A DNA stretch of 63,883 nt, filler included, from Octopus bimaculoides (taxonomy: Eukaryota): NCBI RefSeq assembly GCF_001194135.2. It is 3 parts of 3 records of this genome, joined end to end, with 100 filler letters (N's around TTAATTAATTAA, not from the genome) between each part and the next. Parts side by side here need not be neighbours in the genome. Positions count along the whole stretch, not along the records: positions 23,166 to 51,840 come from NC_068998.1; 2 more parts are not named here. The stretch is one strand, 5' to 3'. Below, piece by piece: positions 28,108-39,840 of this stretch (positions within the stretch are counted from its first letter, which is position 1; every line of letters starts with the position of its first letter). Both the position numbers and the translations under genes were made by a program. Under the pieces are notes generated by a model. That model ran no database searches. It had not been told where the DNA came from and was given only the letters and a program-made list of their open reading frames with translations.

Positions 28108-28240
28108 TTGGCAGGCAGAATCGTTAGCACACCGGGCGAAATGCTTAGCGGTATTTCGTCTGCCGCTATGTTCTGAGTTCAAATTCCGCCGAGGTCGACT
28201 TTCGCCCGGCGTGCTATCAATTCATCCAGCTCGCTGCCTT
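28108..28240 (+). mobile_element. Family B SINE head followed by an inverted copy of its own 5' end (fold-back)
   Basis: gttagcacaccgggcgaaa...gagttcaaattccgccgaggtcgacttt then cgcccggcgtgcta...ccagctcgctgcctt. Confidence 0.75.
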
Positions 28241-28346
28241 AATATGATAATAATACCGTAGGCTGCAGGTAGCGAGCCTATTATGCATGCAAGACTCCAG
28301 GATCCCTAACAAAACCTGTGATAAAGAAAATTATTAATATTAATAA

Positions 28347-28473
28347 TAATAATATAGCCTGAACAGGATAAACTATCTCTATTTTACAAAAAAAGTGTGG
28401 GCGGCCATGGCTGGCCACCCACACTTTTTTCTGCAAAATAGGGGTAGTTTATTCTGTTGAGGCTATATTATTA
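28347..28473. repeat. Palindrome: about 57-bp arms, 4-nt loop
   Basis: aatatagcctgaacaggataaactatctct...gtgtgggcggcca pairs with tggccacccacac...ggctatatt, with six substitutions and one indel. Confidence 0.85.
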
Positions 28474-29449
28474 GTATTATACTGCGTTTGAGAATTTAAA
28501 ATCACATCTTTAACTTTCTAAGACATCTCAACGCCTCTAAAAGCAAACTTCGTTCGTTTGTATACGTTTATCGTAATTTGAATTTAATATTAATAATGTT
28601 TTATATTATAATGTTAATGACAATTGTTTCTGATTTGGCAAAATAACCCCAACAACAATAATAATATTAGTAAGAATACTTAAAAAAAAATAAAGAAAAA
28701 AATATAATATTGAAATCTGAAGTACATTTAAAGTTGCATAAGATTGATGACAGAAGTGCCTGCAGGTTGGACAACATATCTCTGTTACTGAAGATAAATT
28801 GCTCCTTGTAATACGGTTCTTCATGATGATAGGTGGACCTAATATATTATTGGCTAGTATAACAACAGTCTGATTAGAAGCATATTTATACCAATACGTT
28901 CCTACACACACTCACACACATGTGTGTCTGTATATATGCCTCGTTCGTAAGATAAGAAATGTCTTTTCATAAAACCTTTGCTATTCTTATTGACTCTGTA
29001 TGTTAGATCAGACATGATTTCTAAAGTAACATTCAACGCCAGATATTGAAAGAAAAAAGTAATTTGTGTATGTAAGACTTTTTACGCCAAATCTTACATT
29101 ACTTATAGTATTAATGGTTTCTAAGATATACACCAGACAAGAGAAATAGGGTGGGAGATTACAGAGGGAAAAAATAAACACTGATTATGTCAGTTACACT
29201 ACTTGACTGGAATTTACAATTACAAGCGCACACAAAAAAATGCATATATACGTACACTTATCTCTCGACTATCGCAGGTAATACGTTTCAAAACCACACG
29301 AAAATCCTCAAAGTAGAAACAGTACTGTAGTCTATATTTTTTTATATTATTCTTATAATTTGTATGTATTTATTTTATTATAAATGCAAAACAGCACCAC
29401 GGAGGAATCCACGTAAGCTTAAATAATCAACCGCAATATATATATACAT

Positions 29450-29506
<57 letters not shown>

Positions 29507-29968
29507 NNNNNNNNNNNNNNNNNNNNNNNNNNNNNNNNNNNNNNNNNNNNNNNNNNNNNNNNNNNNNNNNNNNNNNNNNNNNNNNNNNNNNNNNNNNNNN
29601 NNNNNNNNNNNNNNNNNNNNNNNNNNNNNNNNNNNNNNNNNNNNNNNNNNNNNNNNNNNNNNNNNNNNNNNNNNNNNNNNNNNNNNNNNNNNNNNNNNNN
29701 NNNNNNNNNNNNNNNNNNNNNNNNNNNNNNNNNNNNNNNNNNNNNNNNNNNNNNNNNNNNNNNNNNNNNNNNNNNNNNNNNNNNNNNNNNNNNNNNNNNN
29801 NNNNNNNNNNNNNNNNNNNNNNNNNNNNNNNNNNNNNNNNNNNNNNNNNNNNNNNNNNNNNNNNNNNNNNNNNNNNNNNNNNNNNNNNNNNNNNNNNNNN
29901 NNNNNNNNNNNNNNNNNNNNNNNNNNNNNNNNNNNNNNNNNNNNNNNNNNNNNNNNNNNNNNNNNNNN

Positions 29969-30001
<33 letters not shown>

Positions 30002-30063
30002 ATTACGGTGGTGCACCAGCATGACCGCAGCCACTTGGCTGAAACACATAAATAAATAAATAA

Positions 30064-30099
<36 letters not shown>

Positions 30100-30357
30100 C
30101 AACAAATATTATGTACCAAGAAAATCATTTCTTTAATTTAGATCTCACCTTAACATCGAACACTCGTTTTAATTGCATTTACATAAACATATATACACAC
30201 ACACATATATATATATATACATACACACACATACATGCACATATACATACACACACTCACATATGTATATACACATACGCATGCACATATACATACACAC
30301 ACTTACACACACATATAAATACACATATACATGCACATATACATACATATATATACT

Positions 30358-30390
<33 letters not shown>

Positions 30391-31468
30391 GATCAATTCG
30401 AAGATGTGAGAGCCACATTAGGAATTATATAAACCCCAAAATTCCACTGGTTAATCGTATAATGAGAAAGTCTCTGCGATATGCGATAGGGATTATTGTA
30501 GTAATACATATTTATTAATAGAGAAAGAAAGAAAATGGAGATAGATGGATGTATGAATAATTTATTTGTATGAGATTTCAACATCTTAGTATCATACACA
30601 ATAAATTATTTGTGCATCCATCTTTCTCCATTTTCTTTCTTTCTTTCTCTCTCTCTCCCTCTCCCTTTCTGTCTGTCTCTGTGTGTCTCTCTGTCTCTCA
30701 CTCTCCCTCTATATATAGACATATTATTAAGAATTAATAATAATACCTTCGAAAATATAATTGTTAATAGAACGTTATCAAGGTAATCGAAATTGGTGAA
30801 ATTTTAACTGAACATTTGAACAAATTTTAGCAGTTACCGAAACGCCTGTAACGCCGAGTAACACCAAATGCTTTGCTTGTTCGTTTTCCATTTATATATC
30901 TATACTCTGCTCCTGATAGGATGGCCTGGGGTTATATGTTTTTAATGATAGTAGACATCTGCTCTTCAAATATATAGAGTTGGATAATATACAACATTTT
31001 GCGAATATACTCTTACGAATATCGGAGACTGTGTCTAGTTTGAATGTATTTAAGTCAAACAATTTCTCTTTATCGATTTTCAAAAGATTTCCATGTGAAA
31101 GATTTTTGTCATTGATAAAGTAATTCTCTTGCTTGACAAATTTCGCCATTCCTATTTCCTTTGTTATTTACGCTGTCTTCTTGCTGTGGTCAACATTGCA
31201 ATCGTGTATTTCTCAGATATTTTCCCGTCTCTAATTCTAATGTTTGTTCCATTATCTCTGTGTCCTTGCTATTTAATGACGTATGCAAAACTCTGCTGTT
31301 TCCTCAAACATATCATAATGCTTAAAGAAGCATTCAAGCTTCTAAAATTGCTTAATACGTTGTGTCTGCTGGTGAGATTTCATGCTTTGGTCTCTGTCTC
31401 CCCCCCCACTTTCTTTGACAGACACAATCACTGCCTTCTCTTTCTGTACTCTTTCCCTTTGAGAGAGA

Positions 31469-31730
31469 GTGCGGCGAATAAACTGTCGTCTAAATGATGC
31501 AAAAACAAAAACACTGACATCTCATTTTAACAGATATATTTACCAAATTTACATAAAAATATCTTGAAATACTGAAGAGTAAATTTATTCTACAAAATCG
31601 TCATTGGCTTCTACCACAGCCTCCAGATGACTTCAGAATCTCCTGCATCTCTCCTGGACGGTCTCCTTGCTGTCATAATCCTTACCTTCAGTTTATCTTT
31701 GGTGTTCCAAGTTCTTTTGTTGGTCTTTCT
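31469..31730 (-). mobile_element. Tc1/mariner (maT/DD37D-like) transposase C-terminus and 3' end
   Basis: Minus strand reads RKTNKRTWNTKDKLKVRIM and KETVQERCRRF*SHLEAVVEANDDFVE*. Confidence 0.6.
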
Positions 31731-32534
31731 ATACACACATATATATATATACATATATAAAGGTATGTCTGATCGGAATTTCACTTTTCCTCTTTTTTTC
31801 TCCTTTTTCTTTTTCATTTTCGAAAAGAAAAGCTGTACATGTATTTGTCCCGTCAGTGTTCAGCCCTGTGTAGCTAATAAAGAAAGTTATCTATTTATCT
31901 ATATACATATATACATATATACACTATATATGTATATTTATATAATAATATATGTATATCCATTTATATGTATTTATGCATCTATATGCATATATATCTA
32001 TGTGTATGTGTTTGTTTGTTGGTTTGTTTGTGTTATAAATTATTCACAATATTTTTTGTAAGCACGTAATTTTGTCTATATTGTTATCTTTGTATAAAAC
32101 TGTCAAATGTTTAAGCAGGTTTTTTCTTAAATCGTTACTTTTCAAGTGAAGAAGCTATTACGATGATTTCAAAGATGGCATATTTATCTTTTTTCGCAAA
32201 CGTTTGCACCCCATTATGCCTGCATTAGGTATGCCACATTATAGCTGCTGTATACTGCAGCATTTTTATACAATGCATTGTACACGTACACATGCACGCA
32301 TATGCATTCATAATGACTATCAGGGCATTCATACTGACTATCAAAACCTAGATAACATTTGTTTTATTATAAACAGCTGCTAACATTATGTCATTTCTCT
32401 CACATCCCTTTACAGAAGTATGTATTATTGTATGGATATATATACGCGTGTGTGCCTGTGTGTATATGTGTATGTATGCATGCACGCATGTATGTATGTA
32501 TGGATATATCTATGAGCGTGAGTGTGTGTGCCTG

Positions 32535-32582
<48 letters not shown>

Positions 32583-32632
32583 CATATGTACATGCAAACA
32601 CACAAAAACACATCGGCTTATTTAGTGTTATG

Positions 32633-32671
<39 letters not shown>

Positions 32672-32681
32672 NNNNNNNNNN

Positions 32682-32717
<36 letters not shown>

Positions 32718-32965
32718 TGCACACACTCGCACACACATGCATGCATGCATACATACGCACATACGCATGTACGTGTGTGTTTGTATGTTTGTGTGTGCAT
32801 ATCAACACTCCCGTCTATACGTATGTTTTGTATTATACTTTGCATTTAACTATATATCTATGAATGTATAGCTTTCGTCAAGGTCATTATGTTTGTAACC
32901 CTTTTATATTCACCAAATCCCACAGTCATGGGTGTATTGTGAATAAACCACGTTACATTTTAAGG

Positions 32966-33016
<51 letters not shown>

Positions 33017-33137
33017 TATTATTATTATTATTGTTATTATTATTAAATTTCACATAATAAGTGCCGTCAAGAATGAAATCAATATATTGCATTTCTAAAG
33101 CTATTAAATGCATTATATTGCATTCAATGCATTTTAG

Positions 33138-33167
33138 CACCTGGTGCGCATTTTATGAGTATAAAAG
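33138..33167 (+). promoter_or_regulatory. Core promoter of the secreted-peptide gene: E-box CACCTG (33138-33143) and TATA box TATAAAAG (33160-33167)
   Basis: Consensus TATA 91 nt upstream of the ATG at 33251, with an A/C-rich 5'UTR-like stretch and no intervening ATG. Confidence 0.7.
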
Positions 33168-33250
33168 CAAGGGTCTATCTGATTGCATTAACCCACATCA
33201 AACCGCTGCATAACTCTACAACTTCTTCAACAACCAGAAAAACATCCAGG

Positions 33251-33305
33251 ATGAAATTGGTCATCATTCTCTGTCTCTTAATATTGGGCAGCTTCGTAAG
33301 TGCTG
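33251..33305 (+). CDS. Secreted six-Cys peptide gene, exon 1: signal peptide MKLVIILCLLILGSFVSA+G (phase 1)
   Basis: ATG in ccaggATGA context. Classic n/h/c signal peptide ending V-S-A. Donor CTG|GTAAGT at 33306. Confidence 0.88.
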
Positions 33306-33789
33306 GTAAGTAATTCCTCTATTCTGTTCCTTTAACGGTTATTCTATATAACTGGATTAAGTCATTAGATAAAGGCCAGAGATCATGTGGTACGTGAGGG
33401 GTTTAGCTGGTAATTAATGTTTAGTCCCGTGTATTGCCTACCCCTTTTTTTACCGACTTCTTAAATGACGAAATGCAGGTCGGTATTGCATAAAGGAGAA
33501 AAAACCGTGGACATAACTCTTCAAAGCCACTTGAGCATTACATCATTTGCGTCCAAGAGGGGAACGATTCGACAAACATTGGACAAATTGTCAAATTTAG
33601 AAATTCGTCAAGCAAGGCTAAACACTCGTCCTCATGCGGCGAGCGCGCTTCTGCATGAGTGTTTCGATAAGTCACCGTCAGAAAACAACTGTCGCTTTAG
33701 GAACTCCGTTGGCCAGCAGTATATCTGTCATATTTACAATGTACACAGAATCGAACGCCTTTGTGAAATTAACAAAGAGCAATACCAAA

Positions 33790-34225
33790 ACTTTTGTACG
33801 TGTCCCCTACGAAGATCCTTGAAACTATGAAAATCTGTCCAAGAATTTCTGTAAAGTAGTCGTGAAATCGCTACTCTCTATGGTTCAGCATGGACAATGC
33901 ACAAAAGGCTCGAAAAAAAGCTTGATGATGTACAATACAAACAGAAATGATTCATGTGTTTTTTCATCTTTATCAGTAGCAACGACTTACACAGCAGCAA
34001 CTGTATGCCAGTCTTTCTTCCATCACCTGGGTAATCAGAGAAAGAACACGTTATGTATGACACTATTGGAGAAGTAATTTCCGGAGAGTTAGTCTGGAAG
34101 CCTATGTACAGACATACGAGTATTGGCAGTCTAAGAAGAACATATATTGATCAACATGTGGAAGACACTGGATATCAAGTTGAAAATATAAAGACTGCTA
34201 TGGGACATCAGAATGAAGGCTCGAA
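33790..34225 (+). mobile_element. Degenerate 3' end of an RTE-like LINE ORF2, in intron 1 of the peptide gene
   Basis: Broken frames give LYGSAWTMHKRLEKKLD, QQQLYASLSSITWVIRER and LVWKP...RRTYIDQHVEDTG...IKTAM, typical of LINE C-terminal regions. Confidence 0.65.
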
Positions 34226-34653
34226 TTACATCTTTTTCTGGAAAGGCAAAATATTTGATAGAGCAGCGAAACCAGAGACTTCTCTAGTGAAAAAATTCAT
34301 TCTGGCTCTCACATTTATCAGTGAAAGGCTCATGTTCATCCACCATCCCCTTCTCAATAACGTCCCTACCCTTTATTCTGGTTGTATAATCGAGAATTCT
34401 TTCTACTCCTATCTCAACAGGATCATCGAGGTCGTGTGAAGAAGAAACAAATGCCAATGCCCCCCCCCACACACACAAGAGAAACACGCAAACACACAGA
34501 CACAGACACAGACACACACACACAGACAGAGACACACGCACACACATGCATGATGGGCTTCATTTATACGGATACATCATAACTCTTAAGATAAATAATA
34601 CAAATGCATGCTATAGGTGTCAGAAATATTAAAGCTTCATTTCTTTATGTCAG

Positions 34654-34747
34654 TCGACGAGAACGCATGCGTCCAGAAAGCTCATGACTTGTGCCAAACT
34701 GAAGTGAGTAAAGTCGGACCTATCAAAAGCGATGTAGACTCGTGCAG
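34654..34747 (+). CDS. Secreted six-Cys peptide gene, exon 2: VDENACVQKAHDLCQTEVSKVGPIKSDVDSC+AG (phase 1 to 2)
   Basis: Acceptor ttcatttctttatgtcag|, donor CAG|GTAAGT at 34748, 94 nt, open frame with three Cys. Confidence 0.88.
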
Positions 34748-34757
34748 GTAAGTGTAA

Positions 34758-34836
<79 letters not shown>

Positions 34837-35571
34837 GAGCTTCGGCTCATGCTATTTTTATGTTGTATATCTTTGAATCGTTCACAAACTTCCATGCATA
34901 AATAATTTATTAATCCTGATCAATTAGACACACTACTATGTCTGGAAAGGGATCCATCCATCCATCCATCCATCCATCCATCAATACATAAATATGATAC
35001 ATACATACATACATACATACATACATACATACATACATACATACACAGGAGATCCCGACCAAGTTCCTCCACCATAAGAGAGAGAAAATGTTGACAGACA
35101 ACAAATGTAGGCTTTACAAGACCAAGACAGAAGACATCAACACATTGTAGCCAACTGCTAGTGAATATTTTCCACATATTAACTTCGGGATGACTCAGTG
35201 GTCAGAACAGGCTGGGAGAAGATAATAAAAAAAATATTGGTGGAACTTAAAAGTTAAAACAGTCACAAAGTTAAAATATAACCGTCCAGGATTTGTTTTG
35301 TGGGACCACAAGGGACAAATATGATCTGTTGCTAAAGTTAGCTTCCTTCTCAACACAATGTGGTCAGATCAATAGAAGAGACAGCTGATACCTAGTGACC
35401 ATTGGAGTTTATAAATTCAATGCTCAGTATGCACGCTCAGCCTCATAACCACTATTATTGATGCAACAAGATATGTATCAACCTATCTAAAGAAAATATG
35501 GCTAAACTTGAGATCTTGGAGTGAAAATGAACATCCTTAATTCGTACATTACAAATGATCAGGCTCAAATC

Positions 35572-35745
35572 TTTATCGATAATGGATCGAACTGAACTAT
35601 AAACAATCTGCACATCCTGATAACTCACGGATAGTGATTCGACGATTTTCCCTCACAGTTGCACGCACATCTGCGATGTTTTTCTCAGTTCTGCTGGTTG
35701 CGGGTCTCCTAGAACGTTCGTCAATATCGACCTTTTTTCGGCCAT
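35572..35745 (-). mobile_element. Mariner transposase fragment in intron 2 of the peptide gene, same family as 38140-38310
   Basis: Near-identical to 38140-38310 (aatctgcacatcct...gattcgacgattttccctcacag...gatgtttttctcagttct). Confidence 0.7.
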
Positions 35746-35980
35746 TTATGTATGTGTGTAAGTATTTAATCTGTCTGTCTGTCCTTGTTTGTCCCCTCTG
35801 TGTGTAGCCCCTTGTGGGACGTAAAGAAATAAGAGGGAGTGAGGTGGCGAGATAGACGTTTATAAATTAAGAAAATGCGAGGAAAAGTTTCGGCTGGTGC
35901 TCGACAGGAGTGCAGTGAACTGGTTGGGAGTATCACGGTTGAAATTAATTTGATTAAAATATCTTTTTCTTCTCTTTCAG

Positions 35981-36074
35981 GCTCATGAAAATGATGAAAG
36001 AAAAGTGTAAAAAATTAGAGGATGATACCGAGTGTTATAACGTGATGGTTCAACGCCATACAGCCAATTGCTAA
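35981..36074 (+). CDS. Secreted six-Cys peptide gene, exon 3: RLMKMMKEKCKKLEDDTECYNVMVQRHTANC*
   Basis: Strong acceptor atctttttcttctctttcag|. Only the phase-2 frame is long and open. TAA at 36072-36074, three Cys. Confidence 0.88.
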
Positions 36075-36086
36075 AGTAATATCTTA

Positions 36087-36112
36087 AATAAAACAGGTGT
36101 TTTTTCTTTTTC
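36087..36112 (+). terminator. Polyadenylation signal AATAAA with downstream GU/U-rich element for the peptide gene
   Basis: AATAAA at 36087-36092, 12 nt after the stop, followed by caggtgttttttctttt. Confidence 0.7.
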
Positions 36113-36685
36113 TTATAATTATTTCGTCATTTATTATTATTTGTGCAATAATTGATATGGCAAACTGACAGAATCGCTCCAGCGTCGGCCAAAATGTTAA
36201 GGGGTACTTCTTGCAACTATTTAGGGTTATAATTCTAAATAACGCTGGGGTCAACTTTGACATGCTTCTTTTGGACTCGATACGATAAAATATTAGCAAA
36301 GGAGTGGCGTCTATAAAATTAAATTTCCTTCTTCACCTTAAAATTAACCTTCTGCCAAAACTAGAAAGAAGAATTATTTTGTAATAATTGCTGTCGTAGC
36401 ATCAATTCAATGAGCCATATTTTGGAGGAGGAAAGATAAAGTGATTCTAGCAAACCCAGGTGGTCTTGTGTACGTGTATGTACACACGCACACACACAAA
36501 CACACACATACACGCACAAATACATGTGTATGTATGTAGGTTGGTGTACATCTGAGTGTGTATATTTGCCATAACNNNNNNNNNNACACACACACACACA
36601 CACACACATACATATGAATATATGTATATGTCTGTATCTGTGCGTCTGTGTGTGAGTGTTTGTTCATATATTTAATTACACATGT

Positions 36686-37008
36686 GAAGGCGCGTGGCTT
36701 AGTGGTTAGGGCATTCGGCCCGCGATTGTAAGGTTGTGAGTTCAATTTCCGGCGACGAAGCGTGTCCTTCAGCAAGACACTTTATTTCACGTTCCTCCAG
36801 TCCACTCAGCTGGCAAAAATGAGTAGTACCTGTATTTCAAAGGACCGGCCTTGTCATACTCTGTGTCACGCTGAATCTCCCTGAGAACTACGTTAGGGGT
36901 ACACGTGTCTGTGGAATGCTCAGCCACTTGCACGTTAATTTCACGAGTAGGCTGTTCCGTTGATTGGATCAGCTGGAACCTTCGTCGTCGTAACCGACGG
37001 AGTGCTCC
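36686..37008 (+). mobile_element. tRNA-derived SINE family E, CpG-rich, just downstream of the peptide gene
   Basis: A box tggcttagtggttag, B box gagttcaatttcc, central gtgtccttcagcaagacact...ccagtccactcagctg. A decayed reverse copy lies at about 10340-10642. Confidence 0.8.
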
Positions 37009-37210
37009 TTTGTCTAATTATACATAGATGCATGCAAGTATATGTGCATATATATATATATATATATATATANNNNNNNNNNNNNNNNNNNNNNNNNNNN
37101 NNNNNNNNNNNNNNNNNNNNNNNNNNNNNNNNNNNNNNNTATATATGTACATATGTAGATATGTGCATATGTACATATGTGTATTATCCATATGTTTGTA
37201 CAAATATACT

Positions 37211-37255
<45 letters not shown>

Positions 37256-37740
37256 ACCTTTCTCTCTATCTCAACCTGTCAATGCAATACTAGTGAACAT
37301 TACTTAATCCAGACCTATAATTATCTCAGTTTGTATCAAAAACCATCCGGAATTTAGATTACAACCTTATCTAATATGCCGCCAATAAAATATTACACTA
37401 AATTAATATTTTAGCTCTGCGCATTTCAATTTCCAACAGTAAATAATTTAAGTGGATGCATTAAAGAATTTGGTTAATAATACATCATGCTCCTTTGGCA
37501 CAAAGCCCTAATGCTAAATAGATTTAATATTTAGTGAAGGATAACTTAAAGCACTCTATCTCAAATTGAACGTTTAAAATAAAATGCCCACGATATGGAA
37601 AGGAGAACATATTTTACAAGCACGCATAGAATCATAGAGAGGTAGAAGATAGATAGATACATACATTTATATATACATACTTACATACATACTTACATAC
37701 ATACTTACATTCATACATACTTACATATTTACACATACAC

Positions 37741-38390
37741 TAAGTATCCGGCTGTTGCTATAGTAACGACGCTAAAACATTCAAAGTGAAGCCGCTTGGC
37801 ACAGACTGACCTTGAACACTGCTATGCAAGCACACTAACTTTTAACGTTCCAGCTCACTCCCGCTGTTTACAGCAGTCCTTGGAAGGAACAGGTGTAGCA
37901 TGCGATCGTCGCGCTGACCACGACAGAGTAAGTTGAGCGGAGAACCTGATCAAATCTTGCGGAAAACTTGGCGATACCGGGTCAGAGACCTACGGAAATT
38001 TTCAAAAAGTGTTCCTCGTTCTCGACACGATCTAGGAGATCTTGTGCAACTAAAGCTCGAATGTCTCCTTGCTTCTTGGTCAGATGAAAGCAGTTTTGGC
38101 ACAAGTTTTCCAGACACGCGTCACATATTCAAGACTTCAGTGATAATGGACTGAACTGAACCGTAAATAATCTGCACATCCTTTGATAATTCACCGATGG
38201 TGATTCGACGATTTTCCCTCACAGCTGCACGTATATCTGCGATGTTTTTCTCAGTTCTACTGGTTGCTGGACTCTCAGATGTTTCATCAATGTTGACACT
38301 TTTTCGGCCATCTTGGAAACGCCTGAATCATTCGTAAACTTGGGCGCGGCTCATGCACTCGTTTCTATACATTTCCTGAAACTTCGTAGT
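37741..38390. mobile_element. Mariner-type transposon 5' half with an internal inversion
   Basis: + strand to about 38010 reads IKSCGKLGDTGSETY. - strand 38390 to 38010 reads KFQEMYRNECMSRAQVYE*FRRFQDGRKSV...RENRRITIGELS...KLVPKLLS, the mariner N-terminal HTH region. Confidence 0.75.
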
Positions 38391-38424
38391 ATTGATATAA
38401 CAACTTTCTTAGTAATGGTCAATG

Positions 38425-38505
38425 CAGCGATAACAACAAACAAGATGAGGACAAATATCTGTCAAATGTAAATAATGTAAATAATGTAAATAATGTAAAT
38501 AATAA
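38425..38505 (-). repeat. Repeat end with (AATGTAAAT)x4 tail, possibly a Penelope-like terminus
   Basis: aacaaacaagatgaggacaaatatctgtcaaatgtaaataatgtaaataat. The family assignment is recall only. Confidence 0.35.
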
Positions 38506-38646
38506 ACACTCATTTGTTTTCAAATATGTTATTACCAACGCTAAACTTGTAATCAACATTTGTTTCTACTTTTCTTACAAACGTGTCTGCATACATCTCA
38601 TTAATCCTGAATAAAAAGTCCGATGAAATTATATATATAAGCGTGT

Positions 38647-38704
<58 letters not shown>

Positions 38705-39334
38705 ATGTATAAATATTTAGATAAATAAAGATATAATAATGAATTAAACAGATGTTGTGTATTGTTTAACAAACATTCGACCGAACCTTCAGTTTTCTAC
38801 ATCGCAATTATATTACGCCGCGCCCCGGTATCGAAAGCAAACAACCAAACATCTCGGTGTGTATTATTTCAATGCTTTCATTGCAATGAAAGAGAATATT
38901 ATATAAAAACCATCAGTCCCATGACTGACTTCACTTCTGTATTGAAAATAATGGCGAATTTGGATTAGTTTATGTTCTAAATTACCATTGATAAACTATT
39001 AAACACATTTTACTTTCTAACAATCAAACATCTAAATGGCTGTAATAAAGACTCTGGGTTGTGAGGCATCAAAGAACTTGAAACTCAATGTTATTGTTAA
39101 ATGAGTGAAATATTTAATGAAGGATAGATGAAAGCAAAATATCTAAAGTCAAATGTGAGAAGTGAAATAACTATAATTCATAATGGATACCGAATTAGAA
39201 TGATAATCCTGTTTAACGAAGATCTAAATGGACTAGGCATACATGCTATTGTCAAAAGTTTACGTTAAAAATACTTCGATTATATGAAGGAATAAAACTC
39301 ATACGAGAGCATAAATCTCAAATACATATCGATT

Positions 39335-39525
39335 TAAAATTTTGGCAGCGGGTGGGGAGTTAAGCCGATTACATCGACCCCAGTACGCAACTGGTACTTA
39401 ATTTATCGACCCTGAAAGGATGAAAGGCAAAGTCGACCTCGGTGGAATTTGAACTCAGAAATTAAAGACAGACGAAATACCGCTAAGCATTTCGCCTGGT
39501 GTGCTAACATTTCTGCCAGATCGCT
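39335..39525 (-). mobile_element. Family B SINE, CpG-rich copy
   Basis: aaagtcgacctcggtggaatttgaactcag...gacgaaataccgctaagcatttcgcc. Confidence 0.85.
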
Positions 39526-39840
39526 GTGTTTATTGAATAAATAATTAATACAATAGAAATTTCGGAAAGAACAAAAGTTTTTCGAAGAAAACTTATATTC
39601 CCGATTAAAGTCATGGAATGTAATGTTTTATTAACAGCGTATTAACATCTCTTTGGTTTGTGAATAAGAAACGACGGAAACATGCGAAAGTTCAAATATA
39701 AACTTTTAAATTTACGCTGCTGCAGGCATGACAAGTTCTCACCAAGAAAGAAAATGAAACTTGGCTTTCTGAAAAGGAAAACATCATATAACAGCCCTAA
39801 AGCAAATAAACTTATTGAATAATGTCTTGAGATGAATATC

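Noticed and set aside
31611-32061. Hydrophobic ORF MTSESPASLLDGLLAVIILTF... and a strong minus-strand donor at 31682
   Set aside because: Explained as a Tc1/mariner transposase remnant running into microsatellite.
34654-36074. Exons 2 and 3 of the peptide gene both have 94 coding nt and three Cys, suggesting exon duplication
   Set aside because: Cys spacing (x7,x16 versus x8,x11) and phases differ, and there is no sequence similarity, so probably coincidence.
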